Shown: one piece after another, positions 47,649 through 57,385 of the stretch
How the letters are laid out: every line of letters begins with the position of its first letter
How positions within the stretch are numbered: the stretch's first letter is position 1
From: an uncultured delta proteobacterium
Lineage (GTDB): Bacteria > Desulfobacterota > Binatia > Binatales > Binataceae
DNA: 64,000 nt
Assembly (NCBI GenBank): GCA_963765675.1
Contig: CAVXXK010000004.1
Location: forward strand, 229,998 to 293,997
Direction: 5' to 3'
Notes under the pieces: generated by a model
What the model saw: only the letters and a program-made list of their open reading frames with translations
Told to the model about the DNA's origin: nothing
Databases searched by the model: none
Program-made: the position numbers and the translations under genes

Positions 47649-47733
47649 GCCCTCTCCCTCCGGGAGAGGGCGGCGCGGCGCGATGCTTGCGATTCCTTTT
47701 CGCAAGCATCGTGACGCGCGGGTGAGGGCGGCC
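47649..47733. repeat. BoxC-like palindromic repeat, copy 3
   Basis: GCCCTCTCCCTCCGGGAGAGGGC...CGATGCTTGCGA..TCGCAAGCATCG..GGGTGAGGGCGGCC. Confidence 0.92.
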
Positions 47734-47757
47734 ATGCTCAGAGCTTTCTTTGTAATC

Positions 47758-47820
47758 GCGCGGCGCTACGCGCCGCGCTGAATTCGGACCCTCACCTAAC
47801 CTCTCCCTTTCAGGGCGAGG
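47758..47820. repeat. GC hairpin plus a short inverted BoxC-like unit lacking the internal hairpin
   Basis: GCGCGGCGC-TAC-GCGCCGCGC, then CCCTCACCTAACCTCTCCCTTTCAGGGCGAGG. Confidence 0.7.
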
Positions 47821-47855
47821 AATAAGAAGGAAGGGCGAGAACCGGATCGTAGCGG

Positions 47856-50423
47856 TCAGCCCTTAAGCGTGGCCGCGAGTTTCGCGCCCTCGCGATTTCT
47901 GAACCCTACCGCGACGCTCAGCCTCTCCAGGTGCTGGTCAATGATCTTCGCTCCCAGCCGCACGCGATGCGTCGCGAAGAACGCTTTCACGTCGTCCTCG
48001 CGATCGAGCAGCGCCACAACCGCCTCGCACATCCGCGGCAGCGCATTGTCGGGGTACTTCTTCGCCATCTCTTCCCAGTTGCGCCGGATAAACTCCCACG
48101 CCTCGTAGCGCGACGCCGGGTTGAGCAACAGCGAGTGCATCAGGTAGGGAGCGTTTTGCGTGCGCACCTGCCCGTCGAGCGACATCGCCATCGTTTTCTC
48201 GAGCAACTTTGGCTCGCGAAATCCGGTGAGCGAGAACAGGTAGCGCTGCTCCTCCTGCGGAGTGCGCGCGGATTTGAACTTGCGTGAAAACTCCTCATAG
48301 CGCTTCGCGTCGCCGGCGTGGGCAAGAATCGCGACCAGCGGCGGGACCAGATCGCGATCGGCCGCTTCCGGATTGTCCTCGAAGCGCGCATAGAGCGCGG
48401 CTGCGCGTTGCTGAGTCTCGCGATCGTCGCCGATCGTCCCGAGCGCGCCGATCAAAACTCCCCGAAGCTGGCGGGTAAGCTCGCTCTCGCCCGGCTTGGC
48501 TTCCCATCCGAGGCGCTTCGCCGCGGGACCCACAATCGCGCGCACGACGGCCGCGAGCGCGGGTCGGTCCGCGTCCGACGCGATCATGTCCAGGTAATTG
48601 AAAGCGCCGAGCAGCGCGCGCCACACGTTCAGATCAACCTCGTCAGTGAACAAACGCGCCATCTTGAGAAATTCGCTCAGCGGACCCATCCCGGCAACCG
48701 TCGCGGCCCACGTGTCGCTGACCAGCCCGAAGCGCTCGATCGGTGCAAGCTCGCCAAGGTTGCGTGTCAGAGCCACCAGCATTTCCGGCGCATAATGCAC
48801 GCGATAAAATCCGTGTCCTCCTTCGTTGAGCAGCGCCCACTCGACTTTCCCGCCCATCTCGACGATCGTTTCGCGTTCGCTGAGCAAGACTTTTTTCGCG
48901 ACGATGCCCTTGGCGGTCTTCGCGCGAATCATCACCGGCACGTGCCAGAGCTGACTCGACTCTTCGTGCAGATAATAGAAACGACGCTGCGAAAGCTTGA
49001 TCGCGCTGCCGCCTTTTTCCGACGCGGCGTCGACAATTGGAAATCCCGGCTGGAAGATCCAGGAGTCCATCATCTTGCGCGCGGGTTCCTTGGACGCTTC
49101 TTCGAGTGCGTCCCACAGATCGCTGGTCTCGGTGTTGGCGAACTGATGCTTCTTCAGATACAGACGAATCCCGTCACGAAAAACTTCCGGGCGCAGATAT
49201 TGCTCGAGCATCCGCAACACCGCCGCGCCCTTCTCATACGTCAGGATATCGAACATCGCGCGGCATTCTTCGGGACTCAGCACCGGAAATTCAATCGGAC
49301 GAGTGCTGCGCAGCCCGTCGATCGCCATCGCCGCCGCGCGCGAGACCGAAAAGCTGTCCCATCTTTTCCACTCGGGCTTCCACGCGTTGACCGCGAGCAT
49401 CTCCATGAAGGTCGCGAACGCCTCGTTCAGCCAGATTCCGTTCCACCAGCGCATCGTGACCAGATCGCCAAACCACATGTGCGCGTTTTCATGCGAGACG
49501 ACGTCGGCCACGCGCTCGAGCTCCGCGCGCGAGGCGGTTTTCTCGTCGGCCAGCAGCGCAGTCTCGCGGAACGTGATCGCGCCGAGGTTCTCCATCGCAC
49601 CGGAAGCGAAGTCGGGAATGGCGATCAAATCGAGCTTGTCGCCCGCATACTTGAGCCCGTAATAGTCGGCGAAATATTTAAGCGAATACGCTCCGATCTG
49701 CTCGGCCCAGCTCGTGAGTCCCGCTTTGCCGGGAACGTGGACCACGCGCAAGGGAGTGCCCGCGTCGACCGGAGCAGTCGCCTCGAATTCGCCGACGATA
49801 AACGCGACAAGGTAGGTGGACATCTTGATCGTCTCTTTGAAGACGATCTCTTTCTTGCCAGCCGCGATTTTACGTTCGCTTTGCTGGCCGCCGTTCGAGA
49901 TCGCGGCCAGGTTCTCATCGATTATCAGCGTAATCTTGTAGCTCGCCTTGAGCTCGGGCTCGTCCCAGCACGGGAATGCGCGCCGCGCGTCGGTGGATTC
50001 GAACTGCGTCGATGCGACCGTGTGCGCACGGCCGTTCGCGTCAACGTACTGGCTGCGATAGAAGCCGTGCAGCTTGTCGTTGAGCACGCCGCGAAAGACG
50101 ATCTTGAGGGTCCATTCGCCGGGGGCAAGCTCCTCGCCGAAACGCAGGTGCGCTCGCTCGCGCGCGGGCTCTAGCTCGACCATCGCCTTGAGTGACTTCG
50201 CGCCGCGCTCAGCGGTAGCCGAATCGATCTCGAGTTCGAGCGCGTTGAGCACGATTGCGCGCGCCGCTTCGTTGACAGTAATCGCAACCGACTCCTCGCC
50301 CTTGAAGGTGAAGGCGTTGAGGTCGGGTTCGAGCCTGAGTTCGTAGCGTCGCGGCGTAACGTTTTTCGGCAGCCGGTAATCCTGGATCGACGGGGTCCGC
50401 GGCGCGCCTTCCTGATCGTGCAT
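47856..50423 (-). CDS. pepN: M1 family aminopeptidase (PepN/puromycin-sensitive type)
   Basis: TQFE..DARRAFPCWDEP, GAMEN, HENAH-x18-E (WLNE), YEKG, ERAP1-like C-terminal domain. Confidence 0.94.
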   Translation of the reverse strand: MHDQEGAPRTPSIQDYRLPKNVTPRRYELRLEPDLNAFTFKGEESVAITVNEAARAIVLNALELEIDSATAERGAKSLKAMVELEPARERAHLRFGEELAPGEWTLKIVFRGVLNDKLHGFYRSQYVDANGRAHTVASTQFESTDARRAFPCWDEPELKASYKITLIIDENLAAISNGGQQSERKIAAGKKEIVFKETIKMSTYLVAFIVGEFEATAPVDAGTPLRVVHVPGKAGLTSWAEQIGAYSLKYFADYYGLKYAGDKLDLIAIPDFASGAMENLGAITFRETALLADEKTASRAELERVADVVSHENAHMWFGDLVTMRWWNGIWLNEAFATFMEMLAVNAWKPEWKRWDSFSVSRAAAMAIDGLRSTRPIEFPVLSPEECRAMFDILTYEKGAAVLRMLEQYLRPEVFRDGIRLYLKKHQFANTETSDLWDALEEASKEPARKMMDSWIFQPGFPIVDAASEKGGSAIKLSQRRFYYLHEESSQLWHVPVMIRAKTAKGIVAKKVLLSERETIVEMGGKVEWALLNEGGHGFYRVHYAPEMLVALTRNLGELAPIERFGLVSDTWAATVAGMGPLSEFLKMARLFTDEVDLNVWRALLGAFNYLDMIASDADRPALAAVVRAIVGPAAKRLGWEAKPGESELTRQLRGVLIGALGTIGDDRETQQRAAALYARFEDNPEAADRDLVPPLVAILAHAGDAKRYEEFSRKFKSARTPQEEQRYLFSLTGFREPKLLEKTMAMSLDGQVRTQNAPYLMHSLLLNPASRYEAWEFIRRNWEEMAKKYPDNALPRMCEAVVALLDREDDVKAFFATHRVRLGAKIIDQHLERLSVAVGFRNREGAKLAATLKG

Positions 50424-50556
50424 TGAAGTCGTCCTTCCTGTGCGAGGTGAAAAATCCAATCGTGCGCGGGCTGATCTCCCGCGATGGCTTAGACTACGTC
50501 AAACTTTTTCGACACGCGAGAGAAACTATCGCGCCGCTGAGCGGCGAGATCGTAAC

Positions 50557-51411
50557 TCAAGCCTGAGCCGGAGCGAGTTCCCGGAACGTGGTGAGGCGCA
50601 CGCCGTGCGTATCGAGCGCGGCGCGAACTTTGGGACTGGTCAGGATTTCGACTTCGAGCTGCGCGGCTGCCGCGGGCGGCGTGCCGCCGATATCGGCCGC
50701 CGGATGGAAATACAGCTCGGTCGTGCCGTCGCGCAGGCGCTCGATCAAGCGCAAAATATAATCCTCGCTCAGATGGCCGCTCTGATGCAGCCCGTAGAGC
50801 CAATCGGTCGATTTGATTCCGCGCTCGCGGATCATCCGGCGCGTGCGGCGCGAGAGCGAGCGGAATATCACCGCCTCGAAGAGCTTGCGCGGCGCATGAT
50901 CGCGCCGCAGCCGCAGCGTGCTCAGAACCTTCTCGCGCGGGAGGCGGATCGATCCGACCTTGTACTCGGACGCGAGCTCGACCACGATATCGGCGATCAC
51001 CGGATGCACGTGGAAATTCAGATGACCGTCAATATGATCGAGGCGTCCAACGAGTTCCAGATGCTTCTCGACCTGTGCGCGAATCTCTGCCGCCAGACCG
51101 GAGCGCGTCTTCCGGTCGAAGAACCATCGCATCCCCGCCCATTCCGGATTCTGCGGGAAACGGCCGGCGGCATCGACCACGCTACCAAGTTTCTCCGGCG
51201 CGAGAACGCTGCGCCCGCGGCACACGACGACATGCAAGCCTACGTCGAGGCCCGGGTTCTCGCGCGCGATGCTCGCGGCGGCGGCGCTCGCCTCTTCAGC
51301 GACCATCAGGCTGGTGCTGGTAAGGATTCCCTCGCGATGCGCCTGGACGATACCGGCGTTGACCTCGGCGGAGAGACCGAAGTCATCGCCATTTACGATG
51401 AGTTGCTTCAC
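50557..51411 (-). CDS. hpnK: Hopanoid-associated ChbG/YdjC-family deacetylase HpnK
   Basis: LIVNGDDFG, GILTSTSLMV, VGLH, DHIDGHLNFHVHP, GLHQSG, ELYFHP; next to hpn genes. Confidence 0.85.
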   Translation of the reverse strand: MKQLIVNGDDFGLSAEVNAGIVQAHREGILTSTSLMVAEEASAAAASIARENPGLDVGLHVVVCRGRSVLAPEKLGSVVDAAGRFPQNPEWAGMRWFFDRKTRSGLAAEIRAQVEKHLELVGRLDHIDGHLNFHVHPVIADIVVELASEYKVGSIRLPREKVLSTLRLRRDHAPRKLFEAVIFRSLSRRTRRMIRERGIKSTDWLYGLHQSGHLSEDYILRLIERLRDGTTELYFHPAADIGGTPPAAAAQLEVEILTSPKVRAALDTHGVRLTTFRELAPAQA

Positions 51412-51539
51412 GCAGGCTTGCCAATCGGAACCGGGCGGAGAAAGCTTGTCGATACTTGACCGATGCCCATGACCGCGCAATTTTGCGTCTATCCGGCGGC
51501 CCGCTCAAGAGCCGCCGGTATCACACAGGAACGTCCCCT

Positions 51540-52322
51540 TTGATTCTTCTCTTTTACGCCTTCGCGCGCGAGCTGGCTCCGCTCAAACGGCGCCTGAAAT
51601 CACGCCGCGCACTTGGCGATACGCGTCTGCGCGGATTTCGCGCGCAACTCGGCTCGACTGAAATTATCGGCATTGCAACTGGAATCGGATTTGCTCGCAC
51701 CGAAACAGCCGCGCGCCGCGCGTTCGATCTTTTTCCCAACCCCGAGCTCGTTCTCGGAACGGGCGTGGCGGGCGCGTTATCGAGCGGGCTTGGCGCGGGC
51801 GACCTGATCGTTCCGGATCGAATTCTGTCGAGCCGCACCGAGACTGGCGCCAGCGAGCAAGTCGCGGCTATCGACGACGCTCTCCTGAATGAGCTCGGCC
51901 GCTGCCTGCGCACCGCGGGCATCAGCTATTCAACCGGCGCGCTCCTGACCTCGAATCGCGTGCTCGGCACGAGCGCCGACAAACGCGCGATGCTCCGGAA
52001 CACCGGCGCGATCGCGGTTGATATGGAAACCGCCGCGCTTGTGCTCGAGGCTCGCGCCCGCAATCTCCGGTTTGCGGTGGCGCGGGCGGTGATGGACTCC
52101 GTCGATGACGAAATTTTCGGCGCGGAGATGATGGACGAAAACGGCGAGGTACGTCCGCTCCATGCGGCGAATTTCCTGTTCCACAATCCGAGCGTGGTCA
52201 CGCGTCTGCCCCGGATGATGCAGAGTCTCAACCGTGCGACGCGTTCACTGGCGGCCGCTCTGGAAGCGATCGTGACGCATAGCGCCAAGCCGGCAGGCCG
52301 CGCTCGTAGGGAAAGTCCGTAA
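51540..52322 (+). CDS. hpnG: Nucleoside phosphorylase-family protein, probable adenosylhopane nucleosidase
   Basis: TGIG, GVAGAL, GDL, AVDMETA, RAVMD; located within the hpn locus. Confidence 0.75.
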   Translation: MILLFYAFARELAPLKRRLKSRRALGDTRLRGFRAQLGSTEIIGIATGIGFARTETAARRAFDLFPNPELVLGTGVAGALSSGLGAGDLIVPDRILSSRTETGASEQVAAIDDALLNELGRCLRTAGISYSTGALLTSNRVLGTSADKRAMLRNTGAIAVDMETAALVLEARARNLRFAVARAVMDSVDDEIFGAEMMDENGEVRPLHAANFLFHNPSVVTRLPRMMQSLNRATRSLAAALEAIVTHSAKPAGRARRESP

Positions 52323-53136
52323 GGTGATGCTCGATCTCCGCGGCGCCGCCGTACGAATCGGCGCGCGTCAGAACATGCATCGCTAGCGTCAGGAACGGGA
52401 GATATATGAACACACTCGCCCACGCGACATTCGTCGCGCCAATCTTGAATAGCATCGTGATTCCGAACGCTACGATTCCAAGATAGAGCGCGGGTCCGAG
52501 CAGTGCACGCGAGGGCAGCGTCTCGAGCATGCCGGCCGGTTTCTTTGCGCCACGGTTCAGCGTCGCGTCGAGCGCCAGGAAAATCGAAATCGTGATCGCC
52601 GCGACGAAATACCATCCGAGGTAGTTGCTGATCGGCACGCCGAAGTGCGGCCCCGGGGGATCGTACCAGAAGATTTTGCCGAGGAACCATTGGCTGCCGC
52701 GCACGCTCAGCGGATCGACGATCATGTCGATCATCACCATGAATAGCGCCGCCATCAACCACACGCGCGGCGCGCGCCGGATTTTCCACGTATCGAGAAT
52801 CCGTAGGTCCCAGCCGCTGCGATAAAGCGGCGAGCACAGCAGCAGCGCGACGGTGTAACTGGCAAAGCCGAGAAAGGTAAACGACAGCGAGTCAAAGAAC
52901 GGCACGCCGAAAATCCATATCTCGCGGCCGCGCGTCGCGTCGAGATAGTGGTACAGGCCGAAGGGAAATCCGTTGTGCACCGAGGACCACTCGCACGCGA
53001 GCGCCACGATGTAAGTCAGGATCGCGAACAGGATCGTCGTGCGCACGCCGAAGTTCACGATCGAGATAAACAGAAAGCTCGCCAGGAAGACGAATACGTA
53101 CGGGCGCAACGCGATCGTGCCGGCGAGCAGATGCAT
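52228..53136 (-). CDS. CruF-like (DUF422) 'carotenoid biosynthesis' membrane protein
   Basis: E..SVHNGFPFGLYHY, FGVPF, DMIVDP, FGVPISNYLGW. Confidence 0.85.
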   Translation of the reverse strand: MHLLAGTIALRPYVFVFLASFLFISIVNFGVRTTILFAILTYIVALACEWSSVHNGFPFGLYHYLDATRGREIWIFGVPFFDSLSFTFLGFASYTVALLLCSPLYRSGWDLRILDTWKIRRAPRVWLMAALFMVMIDMIVDPLSVRGSQWFLGKIFWYDPPGPHFGVPISNYLGWYFVAAITISIFLALDATLNRGAKKPAGMLETLPSRALLGPALYLGIVAFGITMLFKIGATNVAWASVFIYLPFLTLAMHVLTRADSYGGAAEIEHHLTDFPYERGLPAWRYASRSLPERPPVNASHG

Positions 53137-53145
53137 CGAGCGCCT

Positions 53146-54150
53146 CTACGCGGCGTTCCTGCTCGCGCCGGTTTTGCGGAAAAACTCGATCGCGCGCGCG
53201 AGCGCCGCGTCAACCGGTCCTGGCTCGTAGCCAAGCTCGCGGCGCGCCTTCGCCGAGTCGAAAAACATCCGCTTGCGCGCCATCCGCACCTCGGTCAGGC
53301 TCGCGCGCGGCGCGCGATGCGTCAGCGAGCGCGCGACTGCCTCCGCGCCAAGCGCGAATCCGAAAGCGAGCGCATAAGGAATCCGGACACGCGGCGCGCG
53401 CAGGCCGGACAGGCGCGCCAGATGCTCGAGGATCTGCTGTAGAGTCAGGTTCTCGCCGCCGAGAATGTATTTCTCACCGATCCTGCCGCGCTCGGCCGCG
53501 AGCAGATGACCGCGCGCGCAGTCTTCCACATCGACGAGGTTCAGTCCCGTGTCCATGTACGCCGGCATCCGGCGGTTAAGGAAATCACATATGATTCGGC
53601 CGGTGGGAGTGGGCTTCAAATCGAGCGCGCCGATCGGCGTCGAGGGATTCACGATCACCACCGGCGCTCCGGCGCGCGCCGCTTCGAGCGCGACTTGTTC
53701 GGCCATAAACTTCGAGCGCTTATACGGCCCCGGCATGTCCGCGAGCGTCACCGGAGTTTCCTCCGTGCCCTCGCCGCCGTGAGGAATTCCGAGCGTGCCG
53801 ACAGTGCCGGTGTAAACGATCCGTTTCGCGCCGGCCGCGTGCGCCGTCTCGATCACGTTGCGTGTGCCGTCGACGTTGCTTGCGTACATCGCCGCCGGAT
53901 CGAGCACCCACAGGCGGTAGTCGGCGGCCACATGATAGACCTCCTCGCAATCCGCGACCGCTCGCGCGATTGCGGCGCGATCGCGCAGATCTCCGCGCGC
54001 CTGCTCGATACCGAGCCCCGCGAGTGCGGCGGTGTCGGCTTTCTCGCGCACCAGGGCGCGCACCCGGTCTCCGCGCGCGACCAGCGCGCGCACCACGTGG
54101 CAACCCACGAAGCCGTTCGCACCGGTAACGAGGGCGAGCCGCGGCGCCAT
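53146..54150 (-). CDS. hpnA: Hopanoid-associated NAD-dependent epimerase/dehydratase
   Basis: TGANGFVG, HVAADYRLW, YKRSK, NPSTPIG..D.KPTPTGRII, PAYMDTGLN. Confidence 0.94.
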   Translation of the reverse strand: MAPRLALVTGANGFVGCHVVRALVARGDRVRALVREKADTAALAGLGIEQARGDLRDRAAIARAVADCEEVYHVAADYRLWVLDPAAMYASNVDGTRNVIETAHAAGAKRIVYTGTVGTLGIPHGGEGTEETPVTLADMPGPYKRSKFMAEQVALEAARAGAPVVIVNPSTPIGALDLKPTPTGRIICDFLNRRMPAYMDTGLNLVDVEDCARGHLLAAERGRIGEKYILGGENLTLQQILEHLARLSGLRAPRVRIPYALAFGFALGAEAVARSLTHRAPRASLTEVRMARKRMFFDSAKARRELGYEPGPVDAALARAIEFFRKTGASRNAA

Positions 54151-55526
54151 CACGAATTACCCGCTGCGGCCTCGGCGCGGGCGACTACCGCGGCGGCGGC
54201 GGCGCGTCCGGAGATCACCGCGCTTTCGATCGTCGCGGGAAGCCCGGTCTGCACCCAGTCGCCCGCCAGGAACAAATTCGCGATCGGGGTCTTCGCCTTG
54301 GGACGTAATTGATATGAGCGCGGCTCCGGCGCCATCGTCGCCTGCTTTTCCTTAAGTACGATCGCTTTCAGAGCCTTTGCGCCGCGCGCGGCCGGAATCA
54401 TAGCGGCGAGATCGCTCATCACCAGGTCGAGGATTTCCTCGTTCGGTTGATCGACCAGCTTGCGCGCGCCGCTGATCACGAAGCTCAGGTATCCCGGATG
54501 GCGTTCGCCGTGGCGTTCGAAGATCCTCCGCTTGTTGAAGAGCCACTGGGTGGCCGTGCCGATAAATCCGACGAACGCGGAGCGCGTGACTTCGCGATCG
54601 AGCCACACGTGCACGCAGATTATGGGCGAGGTTCCAAGCTCGGCCAGACGCGCAAAGAACGGGTCGGCGACCGCGCCTTCTGGCAGCATCCGCAGCAGAT
54701 TATTCGGCGCCGCGGCGGAGATGAAATTCGCAGCGCCCAGCCTGCGCCCATCGCGCAGGCGAACACGCACTGCCTGCCCGTCCTCGCCGGTTTCGATCCC
54801 CTCTACGATCGAGTGCGTGGCGACCACTCCGCCCGCGCGCTCGATAAACTCGCGCGCGCCGGTGCAGTAGAGGTCAGAGAGGCCGACGCGCGAATAGACG
54901 AACGCAGAATCCTTGCGCCGCGAAAAGAATGCGCGCTTCAAAACTTCGGCCAGGAGCGCCGCCGAGGATACTTCGGGTTCGTCGTTGAGCGTCGCAACCG
55001 AGAGCGGGTACCAGAACGCGCGGCGCGCGTTTTCGCTCTGCCCGAGCGTCGTCATCAAATCGGCAACCGTCATCATTTCGAGCGCGCGATGCTCTCGGCG
55101 CCGCATCGTGAGCATCTTGAGTCCTCCGCGCACGACGGCGAGCCGTTCGCGCAAGCTCAGATGCGCATAGCGCATCAGCGCCGCGCTCATGTGCAGAGGA
55201 CCGGGAAGCCGCGCGGTGCGCAGTGTCGCGCTGCGCCCGGGCGCCGCGAGCATCTCGATTTCGAGATCGCGCTGGAACACGAGCTTGTCCGCCGAACCGA
55301 TCTTGCGCAGAAAGTCGAGCGCCTCGGTGTAGCAGCCCATCAGGACATGCTGCCCATTATCGACGAAGTCGCCAGTATCGGGATCCTCGAACGAGTAGGC
55401 GCGTCCGCCGAGCGCGGGCTTACGCTCGAGCACCGCGACGCGAAAACCGCGTTCGGCGAGCGCTACGCCGGCGCTCAGTCCGGCGAACCCGGCGCCGATC
55501 ACCACGACATCTTTGGATTCGATCAT
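54150..55526 (-). CDS. hpnE: Hydroxysqualene dehydroxylase
   Basis: GAGFAG, GGRAYS, DNGQHVLMGCY, EKQAT, AGDW..TGLPATIESAV. Confidence 0.94.
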   Translation of the reverse strand: MIESKDVVVIGAGFAGLSAGVALAERGFRVAVLERKPALGGRAYSFEDPDTGDFVDNGQHVLMGCYTEALDFLRKIGSADKLVFQRDLEIEMLAAPGRSATLRTARLPGPLHMSAALMRYAHLSLRERLAVVRGGLKMLTMRRREHRALEMMTVADLMTTLGQSENARRAFWYPLSVATLNDEPEVSSAALLAEVLKRAFFSRRKDSAFVYSRVGLSDLYCTGAREFIERAGGVVATHSIVEGIETGEDGQAVRVRLRDGRRLGAANFISAAAPNNLLRMLPEGAVADPFFARLAELGTSPIICVHVWLDREVTRSAFVGFIGTATQWLFNKRRIFERHGERHPGYLSFVISGARKLVDQPNEEILDLVMSDLAAMIPAARGAKALKAIVLKEKQATMAPEPRSYQLRPKAKTPIANLFLAGDWVQTGLPATIESAVISGRAAAAAVVARAEAAAGNS

Positions 55527-55539
55527 CTACCGTGCGATT

Positions 55540-56445
55540 CTAGCCGCGCAGCGCTCCCAGACGCGAACTCGCCCACGCGCGTCCCACCAGGTAGAGCTTG
55601 CGCGGCGCCGACAGGCTGAGCCGCCGGTCGAGCACACGGTAGTTCGAGCTGACAATCAGTCGCAGCAGCGAGCCGTAGATGAGGCGCATCGCCTCCGCGG
55701 TCAGGAGCGTCGAGCGATCTTCGTCGGGGAGCGCGCGCTCGGCAGCCTCGTAATACTCGCGCGCGCGAATCGCTTCGAACTCCATCAGCCGGACAAACGA
55801 GTCATTATAAACTCCGCGCAGAATTTCGTCCTCGGTCACGCCGAACCGCTCGAGATCTTCGAGCGGCAGATATATCCGCCCGCGGCCCGCGTCTTCCTTG
55901 ACGTCGCGCAAAATGTTGGTGAGCTGGAACGCGATGCCAAGATTCTCGGCGTAAACCTTCGCGGCGGGATTGCTGTATCCAAACACTTCAATACACATAA
56001 GCCCGACCACCGACGCCGCGCGGTAACAGTAGAGCCGGAGTTCCTCGAAGGTCGCGTATCGTTTGCGCGACAGATCCATCTCCATGCCGGAGATGAAATC
56101 GTCAAAGTAGGCGCGCGGAATTGAAAAACGCGCGATCGCGTCGGTGAGTGCGCGCGATATCGCGCGGGTCGGGGTTCCGGCGTACACGCGGTCCAGCTCA
56201 TCGCGCCAGCGCTGCAACAGCATCGCAGGCTCGCGGATTGATTCGTCGTCGGCGATATCATCGACGAAACGGCAGAACGCATAGACCGCGTGCAAGGCGC
56301 GCCGCCGCTCGATCGGCAACAGCATGAACGCGTAATAAAAGTTCGAGCTCGAGCGCCGGGTAACCTCGGCGCAGCGCTCGTAGTCCGCCAGAAGAGACGC
56401 CTCGCAGTGTCCGTCGAGCACAGGTATCGCGCGATTAGAATCCAT
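55540..56445 (-). CDS. hpnD: Presqualene diphosphate synthase
   Basis: SNFYYAF, YAFCRFVDDIAD, QLTNILRDVKEDA..GRIYLP. Confidence 0.92.
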   Translation of the reverse strand: MDSNRAIPVLDGHCEASLLADYERCAEVTRRSSSNFYYAFMLLPIERRRALHAVYAFCRFVDDIADDESIREPAMLLQRWRDELDRVYAGTPTRAISRALTDAIARFSIPRAYFDDFISGMEMDLSRKRYATFEELRLYCYRAASVVGLMCIEVFGYSNPAAKVYAENLGIAFQLTNILRDVKEDAGRGRIYLPLEDLERFGVTEDEILRGVYNDSFVRLMEFEAIRAREYYEAAERALPDEDRSTLLTAEAMRLIYGSLLRLIVSSNYRVLDRRLSLSAPRKLYLVGRAWASSRLGALRG

Positions 56446-57382
56446 CCAGCCGCCCCCGCAACGCATTTATTCCGAGCTTCACGTAGTCGAGTTTCTTCAG
56501 CTTTGGGCGCGCGCGCAGCACGTCGTAACCCGCGCTTTCAATCGCCCGCAAAATTGCGAGGCCGCCGCCCGCGAACATCAGGATGTCGCGGCGCAGGCGC
56601 CGATCAACTATCCGCGCGAGTCCTGCTCCACCCTCGCCCAGCATCGCTCGCGCGATATCAACCTCGTGCTTCATCAGATCGATGAAACGCTTGGTGGCAA
56701 CGCCGTGACGCAGATCCTGTTCGGTGAGCTCGTTCGCAGCCAGGTCACGGCGCGGAAAATAGACCCGCCCCTTTTTGAGATCGACCGACACGTCCTGCCA
56801 GAAGTTCGCGAGCTGCAAGCCGCTGCACACCAGGTCCGACAGCCGCTGGCGCTCCGCGTCAGCGTAACCGAACAGGTAGAGCACGAGACGCCCGACGGGG
56901 TTGGCCGAGTAGCGGCAATAGCCGAGCAAATCATCTAATGTCTCGAAGCCCTTGAAGTTCACGTCGGAGCGAAACGCGATTAGCAGATCGGCGAACGGCG
57001 CCTTGGGGATCGAAAACTTGGCGGCAGTGTCCGCCAGCGCGACGAACACGCGATGCCGCGGCGTGCCGGCGTAGGCGAGATCGAGTTCGCGCTCCCATCC
57101 GTCGATCTTGGCGAGGTCGTGCTCTTCGTCGGCGAAGTCGTCGGCGATCCGCGCGTACGCATAGATCGCGTGCATATGCTTGCGCATCGCGCGCGGCATC
57201 AGCCACGACGCGACGGTGAAATTTTCGTAGTGCGATTTCGCGAGCTTTCCGCAGAATGCGTAGGCCTCGTCGATCGAGCACTCCGGCGCCGCGGGCGCGA
57301 TACCAGGAGCGCCTCCCGCGTTCATCGCGCCGCGCGCGTCGCTCGCCATTCCCCGGAATGCATCCATCGGTCGATCCTTCAT
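56435..57382 (-). CDS. hpnC: Hydroxysqualene synthase
   Basis: HYENFTVAS, ADDFADE, YCRYSANPVGRLVL, LQLANFWQD. Confidence 0.94.
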   Translation of the reverse strand: MKDRPMDAFRGMASDARGAMNAGGAPGIAPAAPECSIDEAYAFCGKLAKSHYENFTVASWLMPRAMRKHMHAIYAYARIADDFADEEHDLAKIDGWERELDLAYAGTPRHRVFVALADTAAKFSIPKAPFADLLIAFRSDVNFKGFETLDDLLGYCRYSANPVGRLVLYLFGYADAERQRLSDLVCSGLQLANFWQDVSVDLKKGRVYFPRRDLAANELTEQDLRHGVATKRFIDLMKHEVDIARAMLGEGGAGLARIVDRRLRRDILMFAGGGLAILRAIESAGYDVLRARPKLKKLDYVKLGINALRGRLDGF

Positions 57383-57385
57383 CCG

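Noticed and set aside
30268-47820. CRISPR array or IS ends for the palindromic repeats
   Set aside because: Copies are kilobases apart with no spacers, cas genes or transposase.
55540-57382. Phytoene synthase / carotenoid cluster
   Set aside because: The HpnC-specific HYENF motif, the hpnC-hpnD-hpnE order and adjacent shc indicate squalene synthesis.
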